Below are positions 11,736 through 24,622 of a stretch of DNA of 64,000 bases, one piece after another. Source of the stretch: Octopus bimaculoides (Eukaryota); assembly GCF_001194135.2 (NCBI RefSeq), contig NC_068990.1:52460856-52524855 (forward strand). Reading direction: 5' to 3'. The notes under the pieces are model-generated. The model did not search any database and was not told the DNA's origin. It saw only the letters and a program-made list of their open reading frames with translations. The stretch's first letter is position 1. Each line of letters begins with the position of its first letter. A program made the translations under genes and the position numbers.

Positions 11736-13046
11736 ACACATTTCCTACCCTCCCCATTCTCCTTCCCATCACTCTTTAATCACAACTATAAAAAGCAGCA
11801 GTAATAAAACAATCCCCTGTCTTACACAATAGGGTTGTGCCTCTTGAACCCCTTCCTTTTTCCATCTCCCACATCAGTGTGGTCAGTCTGTCTTTTAACT
11901 CGTCTGGCTACTCTTGGATCATCACATATCAACATTTCAAAATCTGTGCTTAGTTGCGTGTGCATGTGTGTGTGTGCATGCATATCTCTGTTTAAATTTA
12001 GGAACTATGCTGTCAACCACTTATCATGGGTTTCATACACTTCATGTAATAATCTTCACCGATTCAGTAAAATTCAGTGCAAGCTCTAAAAATGAATGAA
12101 TGAATGAATGGCACCTCATGTGAACATGGTTACCATTTCTGTGATGTGATACCTCACACCAAACAGTAAACATGAGCTGACATTATTATTCATTCATTTG
12201 TCACTATTGTATGGATATCTCAGTTCTCACACATATACTTGCTTACAGCCATGTACACACACACACATTTTAACTAGTTATACATACATATTTTAACTAA
12301 CTATATACACACCACACACATATACACATATACTACACATGAGTCATATTAGACCATCAAAATTCATGGTTTGTAAGTTTGTCTGAAGAGAAATATGTAA
12401 ATTGCATTTTCTCGTTTCAATAGATATGTATAAATACAAGAAACACAGCTATTTTTTTCTTCTCTTTATTTTGACTTTATTTAAATATTTTATTTTTTTA
12501 TTTTAATTTTTATTTCTCCTATATCCATTTCCTTTTCTATTTTGTTAACCAAATTTTTACAAACCATTTTTAAACAAAAAAAACCTGAACTCATCTGGAA
12601 GTTCTAAATTTAATTGAACTCTTAAATTCTCTGTAGACCCTAATGAAAATGAAAAAAAAAAGGAAAAAATAGGGTAAAAAACACTAAAACAAAGCAACTG
12701 GCTTCAGGAACCAGTTTTGAAACCTGCTGACTAAAAACCTGTAAATGAAGTAGTTAAATTCTTTATGTGTCACTTTAATTTCTTGTTTCCATTGGGTGTT
12801 TGATATTTTTTGAGCATTTTTACAATGTGTGTGTGTGTGTATGTGTGTGCACTAACAGGCATGTATATTTGTTGGTGTGTATTGTGCTTCTGTGAGTGTG
12901 TGCATGCTAACAGGTATGTCTAAATGTATCCATGTAGTGGGGATCTGTGTGATTATCAATGTTATGTATTTGTGTTTCTATTGGTATGTCTAATACTTGA
13001 TGTGTATACTACTACAACTACTGCTGCTACTACTACTATAACTACT

Positions 13047-13260
13047 AAGGGGGAAAGCTGGCAGATTCAATAATACACTGGACAAAATGCTTAACTGCAT
13101 TTCTTCCAGCTCTGAGTTCAAAATACAAAGGTCAACTTTGCCTTTCATCTTTTCAGAGTTAATAAAATAATTACTAGTTGAGCACTGGGGGTTGATGTAA
13201 TTGACTGTTCCCCATCTCCTGACATTGCTGACCTAGTGCTAAAGTTTGAAGCCATTATCA
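13047..13260 (+). mobile_element. tRNA-headed SINE (family B)
   Basis: aagg...gctggcaga head, aaaatgctta...ctgagttcaaa B-box region, tttgcctttcatc core and (TTA)n tail. Confidence 0.75.
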
Positions 13261-13677
13261 TTATTATTATTATTTAACTAATTCTCATCCCATGAAGTTC
13301 ATGCTTGTTGTTCTGCTGTACTTCACTCCCCATTTGTGAAGATTTCTCTTGGGTCAAGAGCAGGGAACATTCAGAATGGACTCTGGTCTCTTTGGAATTA
13401 TCCCAAGAAGGTATTTCTGGCATTGTTGTACTAAAAAGAAATATTCAACTGAAAAAGTATGTGTATGCAAATCATATATGTGTATGAAATAGATTGTGTG
13501 TGTGTGTGTGAGAAGAAGTATGATAATACTGCTAAGTACAGTAGTAACCCTGCCACTTTAATGTAAGTAGACTGGATAATGATTCTTTGCCTAAAGCTCT
13601 AAATTCGCCATCTTACAGTGCACATACATATACAGATAGACATACATGTATATACGTGTGTGTGTGCATGTAAATCA

Positions 13678-13807
13678 ACCAGATAAAAGAAGCAAAGTCA
13701 GAGAATAGATGTTTGTTTCATTAGTTGACAGCTGTTTTGTAGATTACAAAACAGGTGTCAACAATGGAATAAACATTTATTCTTTTACTTCAATTCTCTT
13801 ATCTGGT
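13678..13807. repeat. 130-nt imperfect palindrome/hairpin (3-nt loop)
   Basis: Arms 13678-13741 and 13745-13807. Manual pairing on the + strand gives 53 Watson-Crick pairs, 4 G:U, 6 mismatches and 1 bulge. Confidence 0.9.
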
Positions 13808-14075
13808 CAGTTTTTATATCTACTCTTCACCATTGCGATTCATGGGTTTTCAGAACAATGGTGAGGTTACACACCAGCCTTAACCACAGTTTTCCTCATT
13901 AGCCATGCTCCAGGCGGGGAGCTTACTGTGAGCTCTGTTTGATTCTTGCAGTACCTATTCTTATATGTATGTATGTATAAATTTACACTACTCTGTTTCA
14001 CACATACACAAATACTGATATAAAACATGTTATCAATTTTCATGCCATTTAAAAAAAATTTAGTTGTGCGTTTGG

Positions 14076-14127
<52 letters not shown>

Positions 14128-14129
<2 letters not shown>

Positions 14130-14567
14130 GGTGGTGAGTTGGCAGAATCACTAGCATGCCAGACAAAATGCTTAGTGGCATTTTGTCCATCCTTACATTC
14201 TGAGTTCAAATTCCACCAAGGCTGACTTTGCCTTTCATCCTCTTAGGGTTGATGAACTACCAGTCAAGTACTGGAATCAATATAATCGACTGTCCCCATC
14301 CCCCAATTTCAGGCCTTGTGCCTATAGTAGAAAAGATTGTTATTACCATTATTATTAAGGTAGTAAGCTGGCAGAATCTTTAGCATGCCAGGCAAAATAC
14401 TTAGTGGCATTTCATCTGTCTTTACATTCTGAGTTCAAATTCCGCCAAGTTCAAATTTGCCTTTCATCCTTTTGGAGTCGAATTAAGTACCAGTTGCATA
14501 CTGGGGTCGATCAAATTAACTGGCCCCCTCCCCCAAAATTTCAGGCCTTGTGCCTATAGTAGAAAGG

Positions 14568-14640
<73 letters not shown>
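14128..14640 (+). mobile_element. Head-to-tail pair of family-B SINEs between (TTA)n tracts
   Basis: Copies at 14128-14338 and 14357-14570, each ending ttgtgcctatagtagaaa; preceded and followed by long (TTA)n. Confidence 0.85.
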
Positions 14641-14664
14641 GTGCTTGTAGTGTTGTTTGTAATT

Positions 14665-15175
14665 NNNNNNNNNNNNNNNNNNNNNNNNNNNNNNNNNNNN
14701 NNNNNNNNNNNNNNNNNNNNNNNNNNNNNNNNNNNNNNNNNNNNNNNNNNNNNNNNNNNNNNNNNNNNNNNNNNNNNNNNNNNNNNNNNNNNNNNNNNNN
14801 NNNNNNNNNNNNNNNNNNNNNNNNNNNNNNNNNNNNNNNNNNNNNNNNNNNNNNNNNNNNNNNNNNNNNNNNNNNNNNNNNNNNNNNNNNNNNNNNNNNN
14901 NNNNNNNNNNNNNNNNNNNNNNNNNNNNNNNNNNNNNNNNNNNNNNNNNNNNNNNNNNNNNNNNNNNNNNNNNNNNNNNNNNNNNNNNNNNNNNNNNNNN
15001 NNNNNNNNNNNNNNNNNNNNNNNNNNNNNNNNNNNNNNNNNNNNNNNNNNNNNNNNNNNNNNNNNNNNNNNNNNNNNNNNNNNNNNNNNNNNNNNNNNNN
15101 NNNNNNNNNNNNNNNNNNNNNNNNNNNNNNNNNNNNNNNNNNNNNNNNNNNNNNNNNNNNNNNNNNNNNNNNNNN
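14665..15175. other. Assembly gap (511 N)
   Basis: N run between a (TTA)n SINE tail region and (TA)n. Confidence 1.
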
Positions 15176-15210
<35 letters not shown>

Positions 15211-17842
15211 ACGGGTAGGTGTGCATGCATACATACAGGTGTATGTACATAGTCGCTCCACACCCACACGTAGGTTGTTAGAGTACAAATGTCTTTGTTT
15301 TCTTATAATATATTTTGATCAGATCAGTTACATAACTGATTGCCTCCCCTGAATAAATTTCTACTCCGATTTGGTTTCCCACCTCACTCATTACAGGCTA
15401 TCATGATAGTAATCAGTTATACAGGTCTATACATTGCTTATACCAATGATCTATACTTCTGTACTATACATATCTACATCTTGCTTCACCAAACCAATAT
15501 CAGTGAAACCTCATGGACATTTGCACATAGTGCACTATAGAATTGGAACTGCCTACAAACTGACACCTATACACACACACTTTGCTCACTTTTTCCCACC
15601 AAATTCATACTTTCCCATTCTTATGTTGAAGAGTTTTTGACTTCTGACTTGTTCATATTTTCATCCCACTTTTTCTTCTTAATTTTCCAAATTACAACAG
15701 CAACAACAATAATAATATTAATGATGATAATGGTGGTGAGAATGTAAATAATTTATTATGATCCAAGTGTCATTGGGACACTTGATTAATTTCACTAGTG
15801 AGATTAATTAACAAAACATTTAATATTAATAGTGTATTAATCTATGTCTACATTTCTACTCCACCTCTAACTTCTGGCTTTCAGGCCATAATGGGGGCAT
15901 AATGATAGTATTGACATAATTCCTGTGTCAATACTACCAATTTATCAGATACTGATGCTTCAAGAGAAGATATTCTTGTGTGTGTGTGTGTGTGTGTGTG
16001 TGTGCACATGCATACATTCACACATATATAATCATTATATACCTGCTTTTCATGATGGCATAGATTGTATCAATGAGCCGAAGTGTTGTAGAACCACATC
16101 TTGCTCTAGCATTTTAGTTTTGACATAGTTTCTGTGGCTGGATGCCCAACCTAGCATCAACCACTTTACAGAATGTACTGTGCTTTCTTCATGGAACCAG
16201 CACTAGTGAGGTTGACAGACAAAGGATAAAAGAGAGAAAAGTGAACGCTTTATGTAAGATATTGAGAAGGATAATGAGAGGCAAAGGAACAGGTTTATTG
16301 TTGCAGAAGAAATTCATTGCTACCCCACATAATTATATATGGATGAAGTGGGGCCAGAAAGAGATAAATATGTTGGTGACAAAGTATCAGACCAATCCCC
16401 CAACTTAAGATGTCCAAAGAAAGGGAGTGTAGGAAAAGGCTGAAAGGGTGTGGTAGGGTGAGTAAAAGGACAGAAACATGGGTAGATGTGATCAAAAATA
16501 TATAGAGAGAAGTGAATGCTGAAGGGAATGGTCAACAAGGCTGGGGGTGGTTGGTGGTAAATATGAGTGGTGATGAGGATGATAAGAATGAGGGATGGAT
16601 TTCAACTGGAAGTGACTGACGGGGAGAAATGATGATTGTCAATACCAAAAAGGTGATACGGATTTAACTTTTATAAATTACAAAAGCAGGGTAATGCAGT
16701 AGGTATGAGAATTAGATGAAGAGGTACAGTAGGTTTAGATTTGGAGATATATTGGGCTAGAGACCTAATTATATACCTATGCATTATTCTTCCAGAACCT
16801 TGGTTTTGTCTTGTAAGCAGAGCTGGACAGGTCTTCTTCAGCAGACAAGACTTTGTTCCTACAGACAAACTTTGTTTCCCTGAACTTTCTCCAGTGTATT
16901 CTTACTCTTGCCACTATACTTTCAGAACATCTTCCTCCACTATTAATTTGGTCTCACAGGTAACAGAAACTATCAACTACCTCTAAGGGTGCTCCTGGGC
17001 TCTTGGTGTTTATGGTTCCTGTGCACCTGCCATATATAAAGTCCGCTTTCTCTATCAAACTGCTTATAATTCAACTGTGCTTCTCTTGTGTACCCATAAT
17101 TAGTATTGAGAGAACATTGTATGAAATTTGTATCTACTCCTATTCTGCATACCAAGCAAAGCTATTTTCTCGATATATATGACTGCAGTTCAAAAACTGA
17201 AACAAGTAAAAGAATGTGTGTGCGTGTGCATATATATTATGTTAAAAGAGTATAAAATATGAAAGAAGGGACTGAAATAGGTTTCATGTTGTAGAAGAGT
17301 GACATATCCACTTGATTATAGACAAGTGGATGGGGGTAATCAAGGTGGAGTTAGAGAAAGATATAAAATAAGTCATACGATCATGATGGATATATATATA
17401 TATATATATATATGAATGTTCAATTGTGTTGAACAAATGAGAGAGCAGAGTGCTCACACATGGTTTACTGAAACTGAACTTTTAGCTTGAAAATTCGAAT
17501 TGCATGAAACTTGGGTCACAAAGACTACAAAAAGCCTTGTGGAATACAGCTATCCAAGGATTCCTGGTTGAAATATTAATTTATTTCACCATTTATTAAG
17601 CTTGCAAAAACAAGATGGTTTAGTGACTGTGTTCTATGCAATGAGCATGCTCATTTACAAAGACAGAAAGAAACACAGGAAATGATTAACTTCATTGTAA
17701 ATATAACAAGGTGTCTTATGAATTTCAAAAATTACATAAATCAACACTGGAATTTATTAGGTCTGATGGTTTATCATTCAATCCTACTAAAACATATTTT
17801 GTAAAATGCAGACATGAAGAAAAAATTTCATTTGTGAAATGC

Positions 17843-17869
<27 letters not shown>

Positions 17870-17874
<5 letters not shown>

Positions 17875-20800
17875 TTCAATATTAACAGTTTTGTATTAGA
17901 AAACTAATAGAATTTATACAGGGCTGTAATAAGAAGTGCTCAAACTAGTTGAGACAAAAGTACAAAATTAATTGCAGAATAAAACCATTAGGTCATCGAC
18001 TCAAAAAGCCACAACCCAGCGATGACCACATATAGGAAGTACAGTATAAACCACAAAACCAAAGTAGCAAAGGGAAGTAAAAATTTTATACATAAGAATA
18101 AAATCGATTAAAAAATATAATAGAATAACATAAATAAATAAACTGCGATTAAAAGGTGATTAAAAATATTACAGAGCGGTACAGATATAGTGGAATAAAA
18201 ATATATATAGAGAGAGAAAAAAACAATAAAATAAAATAAATACATAGGGAAACGTAGAAAAATAGTTCATCTGTTGAGATTAACGACTAATAAAAGAAGT
18301 TTAAGTTTAAATTGTACGAAAGTTCATTACTTCCCTCAGGACAGCAAATTTAGCAGGTAAAATCCAATTTCGTAATTCAGACAGGAATACCAAAGTACAC
18401 AGGACGACATAATAACACAACATCCAATGTGTAACAAAGTAAAATCCATATTTCACCAACGTTATTTAAGTCCAAGAAAATCAAGGCACACAAGTCGATA
18501 CATTAAACCAACATCCAGCAGGTAACATCGGTAAAATCAATCTATAATTTAACATCATTTACAAAGGATTACAGATATAGGTCGGAATCTGCATGTATTA
18601 TCAGATAAAACTGGTAATATCTATTCAGTACCACCTGAACTTTATGATAAACTGATAATGAAGGAATTGAATTCCGGATACAAGCATGCTAAAAAGGATG
18701 CGTTAGCATTAATGAGAACCAATTAGAGATCATATCAAATTTAGGCTTATTGGATAGAACCCAACCTTAAGCTCCTAAAACCCCACATGCTCTTTTAAAG
18801 GACCATAAACTTGACTTTTTGTCAAACCCATCGATTAGATTAATATGTCCGACCAAATCGGATTTGGGCCGAATTAGCAAATCGGTAATCGACGATATTA
18901 TTCTTGTTATAAGAGGCAAGGTTCAACTCCCATTATGGACTTTTACGGGGGATGTCATTATTTGGTTTGATTCCCTTAGGGATAAAACATCTCTTAGCTT
19001 CCTACAATTCGATATTTCGAATTACTATAACTCGATATCCCCCATACTATTAAATAAGGCCTTGGTTTTCGCCCGCAAATTTGTTGATTTATCAAGCACA
19101 GACATTGACATCATCTTAGCTGCTAGGGAGACCCTTATATCATACAACGAAGTTGAATGGCAAAGGGTGGACTCAACGTTTTTTTTTGATATTATTATGG
19201 GGTCATCGGATTCCGCACAGGTAACGGACATAGTTGGACTATACCTCCTGTTGCAAATTAAGGCCAGTTTTCCCCTTCTTACTGGTGGACTATATAGGGA
19301 TGATGCCCTTTTTGCAGTAAGGGGTAGATCTAAATCTGTTTTAAATAGGTTGAGGAAGTCCCTGAGGTGTTTCCTTAAGGACTTCTTCAACCTAGATATT
19401 ATATTTGATATTAACTCCAGGAAAATAAATTTCCTGGACGTGACATTATGTCATATTTAAACGTCTCATCAAATCATCCAAGATCTACAATAGATAGTAT
19501 TGTTACGGGCATTTCGATTAGAATATTAAATCATCAAACGAAGAAATTTTTAACCAACACACGCCAGTTTATAATAACGCTCTTGAGGCAAGCGGCTNNN
19601 NNNNNNNNNNNNNNNNNNNNNNNNNNNNNNNNNNNNNNNNNNNNNNNNNNNNNNNNNNNNNNNNNNNNNNNNNNNNNNNNNNNNNNNNNNNNNNNNNNNN
19701 NNNNNNNNNNNNNNNNNNNNNNNNNNNNNNNNNNNNNNNNNNNNNNNNNNNNNNNNNNNNNNNNNNNNNNNNNNNNNNNNNNNNNNNNNNNNNNNNNNNN
19801 NNNNNNNNNNNNNNNNNNNNNNNNNNNNNNNNNNNNNNNNNNNNNNNNNNNNNNNNNNNNNNNNNNNNNNNNNNNNNNNNNNNNNNNNNNNNNNNNNNNN
19901 NNNNNNNNNNNNNNNNNNNNNNNNNNNNNNNNNNNNNNNNNNNNNNNNNNNNNNNNNNNNNNNNNNNNNNNNNNNNNNNNNNNNNNNNNNNNNNNNNNNN
20001 NNNNNNNNNNNNNNNNNNNNNNNNNNNNNNNNNNNNNNNNNNNNNNNNNNNNNNNNNNNNNNNNNNNNNNNNNNNNNNNNNNNNNNNNNNNNNNNNNNNN
20101 NNNNNNNNNNNNNNNNNNNNNNNNNNNNCCTAATATGGGGATATTTAAAACAAAAGTTTTGCGACCCAGAATAAGAGAAGTAATTTGGTTCGTCCCCTCC
20201 TTTTTCCCTCAGGGTAAGAAGTTTACCAAAAATGTTTTTTAAGATCCTGGAAAATAATTTTCCTACGGACCACAAATACTACAGTATTTGTAACAGGTCT
20301 ACAAGTGTTCCTACTCTGGAATGCCTAATTTAGCATCCATTATTGCCTCTTTAAATAGAAATAAAATAAATAAGTTAAAGCTATGCGAATATCCGTCTCA
20401 GGGAAACCCTGTTTATAATAAAAGCAACTATAAACCACACAACGATAGTGGGACGGGCTCTTCATTCCCTCGGATTGTGCCTAAATCTGGGAATGAGATA
20501 AGTGGAACGGCTGATAAGAATAAATTTGTGAGGGCGGTTAATGACATTGGAAATAACCTTAAGGGTGGCCGTAAAAAATTATGTAATTGTAGGGACCCTT
20601 TTTTATGTCTTCTCGGCGGACTTTGTCCACAAGCGTCGTGTATAAATGCATAGTCAGAGACGAGGACAAACAAAATAAGTTTTATATTGGAAGTTCAGTG
20701 AATTTTAAAGCCAGGTATAGAGCGCACATGAGTTCTTTCTCAAATGAGAAATATTATAATTCCACTACACTCGCCTCTTACCTGCATGACCTCAAGAGGA

Positions 20801-20895
20801 GGAATAAGAAGTACTCTCTTGAATGGTCAATCTTATCTAGAACTGCCCAATTTAAGGCTAATATTAGCAAGTGTTTATTATGTATTAGGGAATCC
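17870..20895 (+). mobile_element. Penelope-like retroelement (RT + C-terminal GIY-YIG), degenerate, spans a gap
   Basis: RT motifs IRLICPTKSDLG, LQFDISNYYNSI, IIMGSSDSAQVTDIVGLY, GGLYRDD and INFLDV (18819-19460). Then CNCR...C and VVYKC...FYIGSS.NFKARYRAH...LEWSIL...CLLCIRE (20580-20895). Begins at a (TA)n tract. Confidence 0.9.
19598..20128. other. Assembly gap (531 N) inside the Penelope element
   Basis: N run with a colinear Penelope ORF on both sides. Confidence 1.
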
Positions 20896-20995
20896 NNNNN
20901 NNNNNNNNNNNNNNNNNNNNNNNNNNNNNNNNNNNNNNNNNNNNNNNNNNNNNNNNNNNNNNNNNNNNNNNNNNNNNNNNNNNNNNNNNNNNNNN
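20896..20995. other. Assembly gap of exactly 100 N (often an unsized-join placeholder)
   Basis: N count is seen directly; the meaning of 100 N is an assembly convention and is inferred here. Confidence 0.95.
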
Positions 20996-21177
20996 TATAT
21001 ATATATATATATATATACATACATACATATATACACACACACAAAAGTGGGGGAATTGTGTGTGCTTTGAATTGGCGACTGTTTCAGGGTACCTAGTACA
21101 ATTTATGTCAAATCTGGGAAACACACATCCACTGAATGATTCCAGTATTGTTATTTGAAATACAGAAAACATCTCAC

Positions 21178-21269
21178 CTGGTCTTGTTTGGCATTCCTCT
21201 CTGTGATTTTTTCCTTAACAAGTTTTATTAATGGAGTGATGTTATAGAATTCCGCTTCTTCCAAGACAC
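21178..21269 (-). CDS. KCTD5: KCTD5/insomniac-like exon (92 bp, phase 1/0), end of BTB domain
   Basis: Minus strand: ttttgtatgtttcAG|GTGTCTTGGAAGAAGCG...CAAGACCAG|GTGAGA. Encodes (G)[30 protein letters not shown] vs recalled human [31 protein letters not shown]. Confidence 0.95.
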
Positions 21270-21424
21270 CTGAAACATACAAAAGACACTTCAACAATGA
21301 GACAAACAGAAACCCAGAGCAAATTTCGCTAGGGAAGAAAAGTTCTGCATTGAAAGAAAAACAGCGGTAACATTGTTGCTTTGTATGGGATTATTGCTGA
21401 ATAAACAATAAAAACAATAACAGC

Positions 21425-21458
<34 letters not shown>

Positions 21459-22612
21459 ACAACAGCAACAACAATAGTGGCAATAAATAGTGACTAGGAA
21501 TTTCATAATTAAGTGCTTTCCATATAAGAGATACAACAAAGAGAGAAAAAAGAAAGGGGTAGAAAGAGTGGGGGTGGGGTAGGTTATGAAATTCATAAGG
21601 AATATTGGGAAACAGTGTCCGAATGGTTATTGTTTGAGAAAATGATAGTGGTGGTGGTGGTTTGGTGGGATGTCTTGGTGATGGTGTGTCTTGTAAATAG
21701 TAGTGTTGTTATTGCTATTGCAGTTATGTATGTAGTGGTAGCAGTGTAGTTTAGTGTAGTAGTTTTAACTATTGAGCTGGAAAAGAAAGAGACAGAGCCC
21801 TTAAACTTTATACTCCCCAACTTGGTCAGTGTTGATGGAGTTAATGTTTAAGGTAATGAATGATAGAGAGTAAAGAAACTGCCTGAGTGAGTGTTTGTGG
21901 AGTGTGCATGTGCATGCGTGTGTGTGTGTGCAGCACTTAAATTTTATAAAGACTGTCATGTGCTCACTGAAGAAAGCTTTCAAGATCACTGTCCATGGCA
22001 ACAGTACAAATGTGGAGTGAGGCATCCAGGTTTATGTGGATAATGCCTCTGTACAAAAGTGAAAGATACACGATAGCAAGTAGTCCTTAATGAAGAGAGA
22101 TGAGATTTGGAGATATAACCAAAAAATGACACTTGATGTAAAAGAATATCTGTTACAGATGTAACATCAATGCATGCATGCCACAATTTCTTGTCCAGGA
22201 TATGAGAAGACAATGGAACTCATAGCATTGTTTTTACTGAAGCTGCCAGAAGTGAGAAGCCATTAGTGTGTGACATGTAAAGTAACATCATAGAAACCAT
22301 ATTGGTGATATATAAGAAAGGGTTCAAATGTTTGGCGATATGGATTGTAATGGGATGATGATCTGATAATCTAATGTAAGAAGGCAGTGATGGCTAAGGT
22401 TAAGACAAACAGGAAGTAGTTAAAAGTATTTGGCGATGTGATGCATTGTCAACAATTGAGAAAGAGGTGACAAAACAAAGTCAGTGGAAAATCATAAATG
22501 ATTTAGTCTCAATAATGTTGATGCAAGGAAAGAGGGATAAAGATAAAGAGTTGTATATACTGATATCAGAAAGCTCTAAAAAAAAATGTATTTGGTGGTG
22601 TTTATAGTTTGT

Positions 22613-22830
22613 AGTGGCTTAGCAGTTAGGATGTCAGACTCTTGATCTTAAGATTGTGGTTTTGATTCCTGGATCAGGCAATGTGTTGTGTTCTTGAGCA
22701 AAACACTTTATTTCACTTTCTTCCAGTTCATTCAGCTGACATCCCATCCAGGGGATGGGGGGGATATACATACCACACAAACCAGGAAACAAACCCAATG
22801 AATCTATATGACTTGGGAAGGAGCTTTATC
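22613..22830 (+). mobile_element. tRNA-headed SINE (family C)
   Basis: gtggcttagcagttagg A-box-like and ggttttgattcc B-box-like motifs, followed by a gtgttcttgagcaaaacactt core. Confidence 0.6.
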
Positions 22831-23789
22831 CTTTAGCCTAGTGGTTTCTGATAGAACAATTTGAGACCCTGGCAGGGCTGCTATAATACTTAATGGATCT
22901 AATACACTGTTTCTAGTGTTGATTGGATGTGGTGCCAATGAGTGCTTTACCTGTGTTTGTGCATCATTCTTTCTTTACTATCAATATGTCTTGTACGGGT
23001 GCTGTGGATATTGTAGAAGTAATCTAAAATTACTAGTATTTTTAACTCATGTGTAAAGTAGTCTCTTTGTTGTTGAGTGTAATGTTTAGTTGTATTTGAT
23101 GTTCTTGATAAAGAAGATGGTGGAATTGGTAGGTGCTATTTCTAGTCTCTATCTTTGGAATTAGTTATCTATGTGATTAATGACACCGTTACTGTTGTTG
23201 TACAGCTGTGTCTGGGAGTGGTGAGAAGATGTGTGATGCCATCTATATGTAAGGCATAGTGTATATGAATGTGATGGCCATCTAAATGAGGCAAAGTATA
23301 TGTAAATTATAGAGATGTCATCAAATTGTATAAGTTGTTGATGAAAAGAAGGATTCTTGTGGATACACTGTCTAGGATATTGCAGAGTTTAGCTACATTG
23401 AATAACCTTAGAAGTAATCAGTATTTTATATTGTTTATTGGTAAGCTTCTGTGTCTTTTGTTTGTAAGTGAGTAGCAAGTTAAAATAATACCTCTTCTTC
23501 AAGTGACCACAATAAAGATGTATTTTATCACTGCACACCCTATTAGCTTTAACTGATCCTCAATTTTATGTTGTTCGTCTCTGTTAGTGACATCAATATA
23601 GTCAAGTGGTCTTCATCCTCTATTAGGGTATAAACATCTCCAAAATAATAACATTTAATATCATTTACTGTTCAGCACAATAGCAGAGGCCATTAAAGCC
23701 AGCTCTGCATTGAGCAATAATACTAGATATTGTTGGAATGTGTCTATGAATCTCCTCTTTTGGCTTGTGCCTTCGGTCCTACAGTGCTG

Positions 23790-24030
23790 ACAGTAAGAAA
23801 GACTTCCTTACATGCAAGGGACGAGCCTATAATGCCTGTAACAAACTAAAACATTTGGTATTTCAACAAAGTTAACAAAGCTTGCTTTCTTTAGGACATG
23901 TGCAGAGAGCATTCTTCTCTGTGGAGCTGAAACCTGGAGTATGCAGGAACTTAAAGATTGTTTACATGGTATATATACCAGGTTTTTCATGAGGGCAGAA
24001 AACATCAGATGGTGTGAACACAAGACCAAA
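23790..24030 (+). mobile_element. RTE-X-like LINE ORF2 fragment
   Basis: Reads KGRAYNACNKL...FFRTCAESILLCGAETWSMQELKDCLHGIYTRFFMRAENIRW. Confidence 0.7.
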
Positions 24031-24190
24031 TTGATGCTGATGATATGCTGGAGTAGTTTGGATAAGAATTTTTTTGTTCTTGAAGGCAGATTTGTGAGTA
24101 GTGAGGTGATTGAGTGTTGTGTGGTCCAATGTCATGTTGTGAAACCCCACAACTTCCAAATGTAAGGGATTTGGAAGTGTTTGGGCAAAA

Positions 24191-24355
24191 TGGCTGTGTG
24201 GTAAGCAGCTTGCTTACCAACCACATGGTTTCAGGTTCAGTCCCACTACATGGCACCTTGGACAAGTGTCTTCCACTATAGCCCCAGGCCAACCAAAGCC
24301 TTGTGAGTGGATTTGGTAGACGGAAACTGAAAGAAGCCCGTCGTATATATGTATA

Positions 24356-24409
<54 letters not shown>

Positions 24410-24622
24410 TGTGTGTTTGTGCATCTGTGTTTGTCCTTCCAACATCGCTTGACAACCGATGCTGGTGTGTTTACATCCCCGTAACTTAGCAGTTCGGCAA
24501 AAGAGACTGATAGAATAATTACTAGGCTTACAAAGAATAAGTCCTAGGGTTGATTTGCTCGACTAAAGGTGGTGCTCCAGCATGGCCACAGTAAAAAATT
24601 ACTGAAACAAGCAAAAGAGTAA
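24191..24622 (+). mobile_element. tRNA-headed SINE (family A) with expanded internal (TG)n
   Basis: Colinear with 27882-28290 from tggctgtgtggtaag to gaaacaagcaaaagagtaa. Confidence 0.9.

Noticed and set aside
13288-13450. Minus-strand exon-like ORF (MPEIPSWDNSKE...NFMG*) after a pyrimidine-rich AG
   Set aside because: No recognisable homology and no partner exons identified; cannot be supported without RNA data.
14516-15288. Long ORFs in the track (also at 19448-20275, 26670-27050, 32073-32583 and 48671-49179)
   Set aside because: They are open only because they run through N gaps or microsatellites.
22900-23760. Possible highly decayed minus-strand Penelope RT/GIY-YIG
   Set aside because: Only faint motif echoes were visible and no continuous alignable translation could be recovered by eye.
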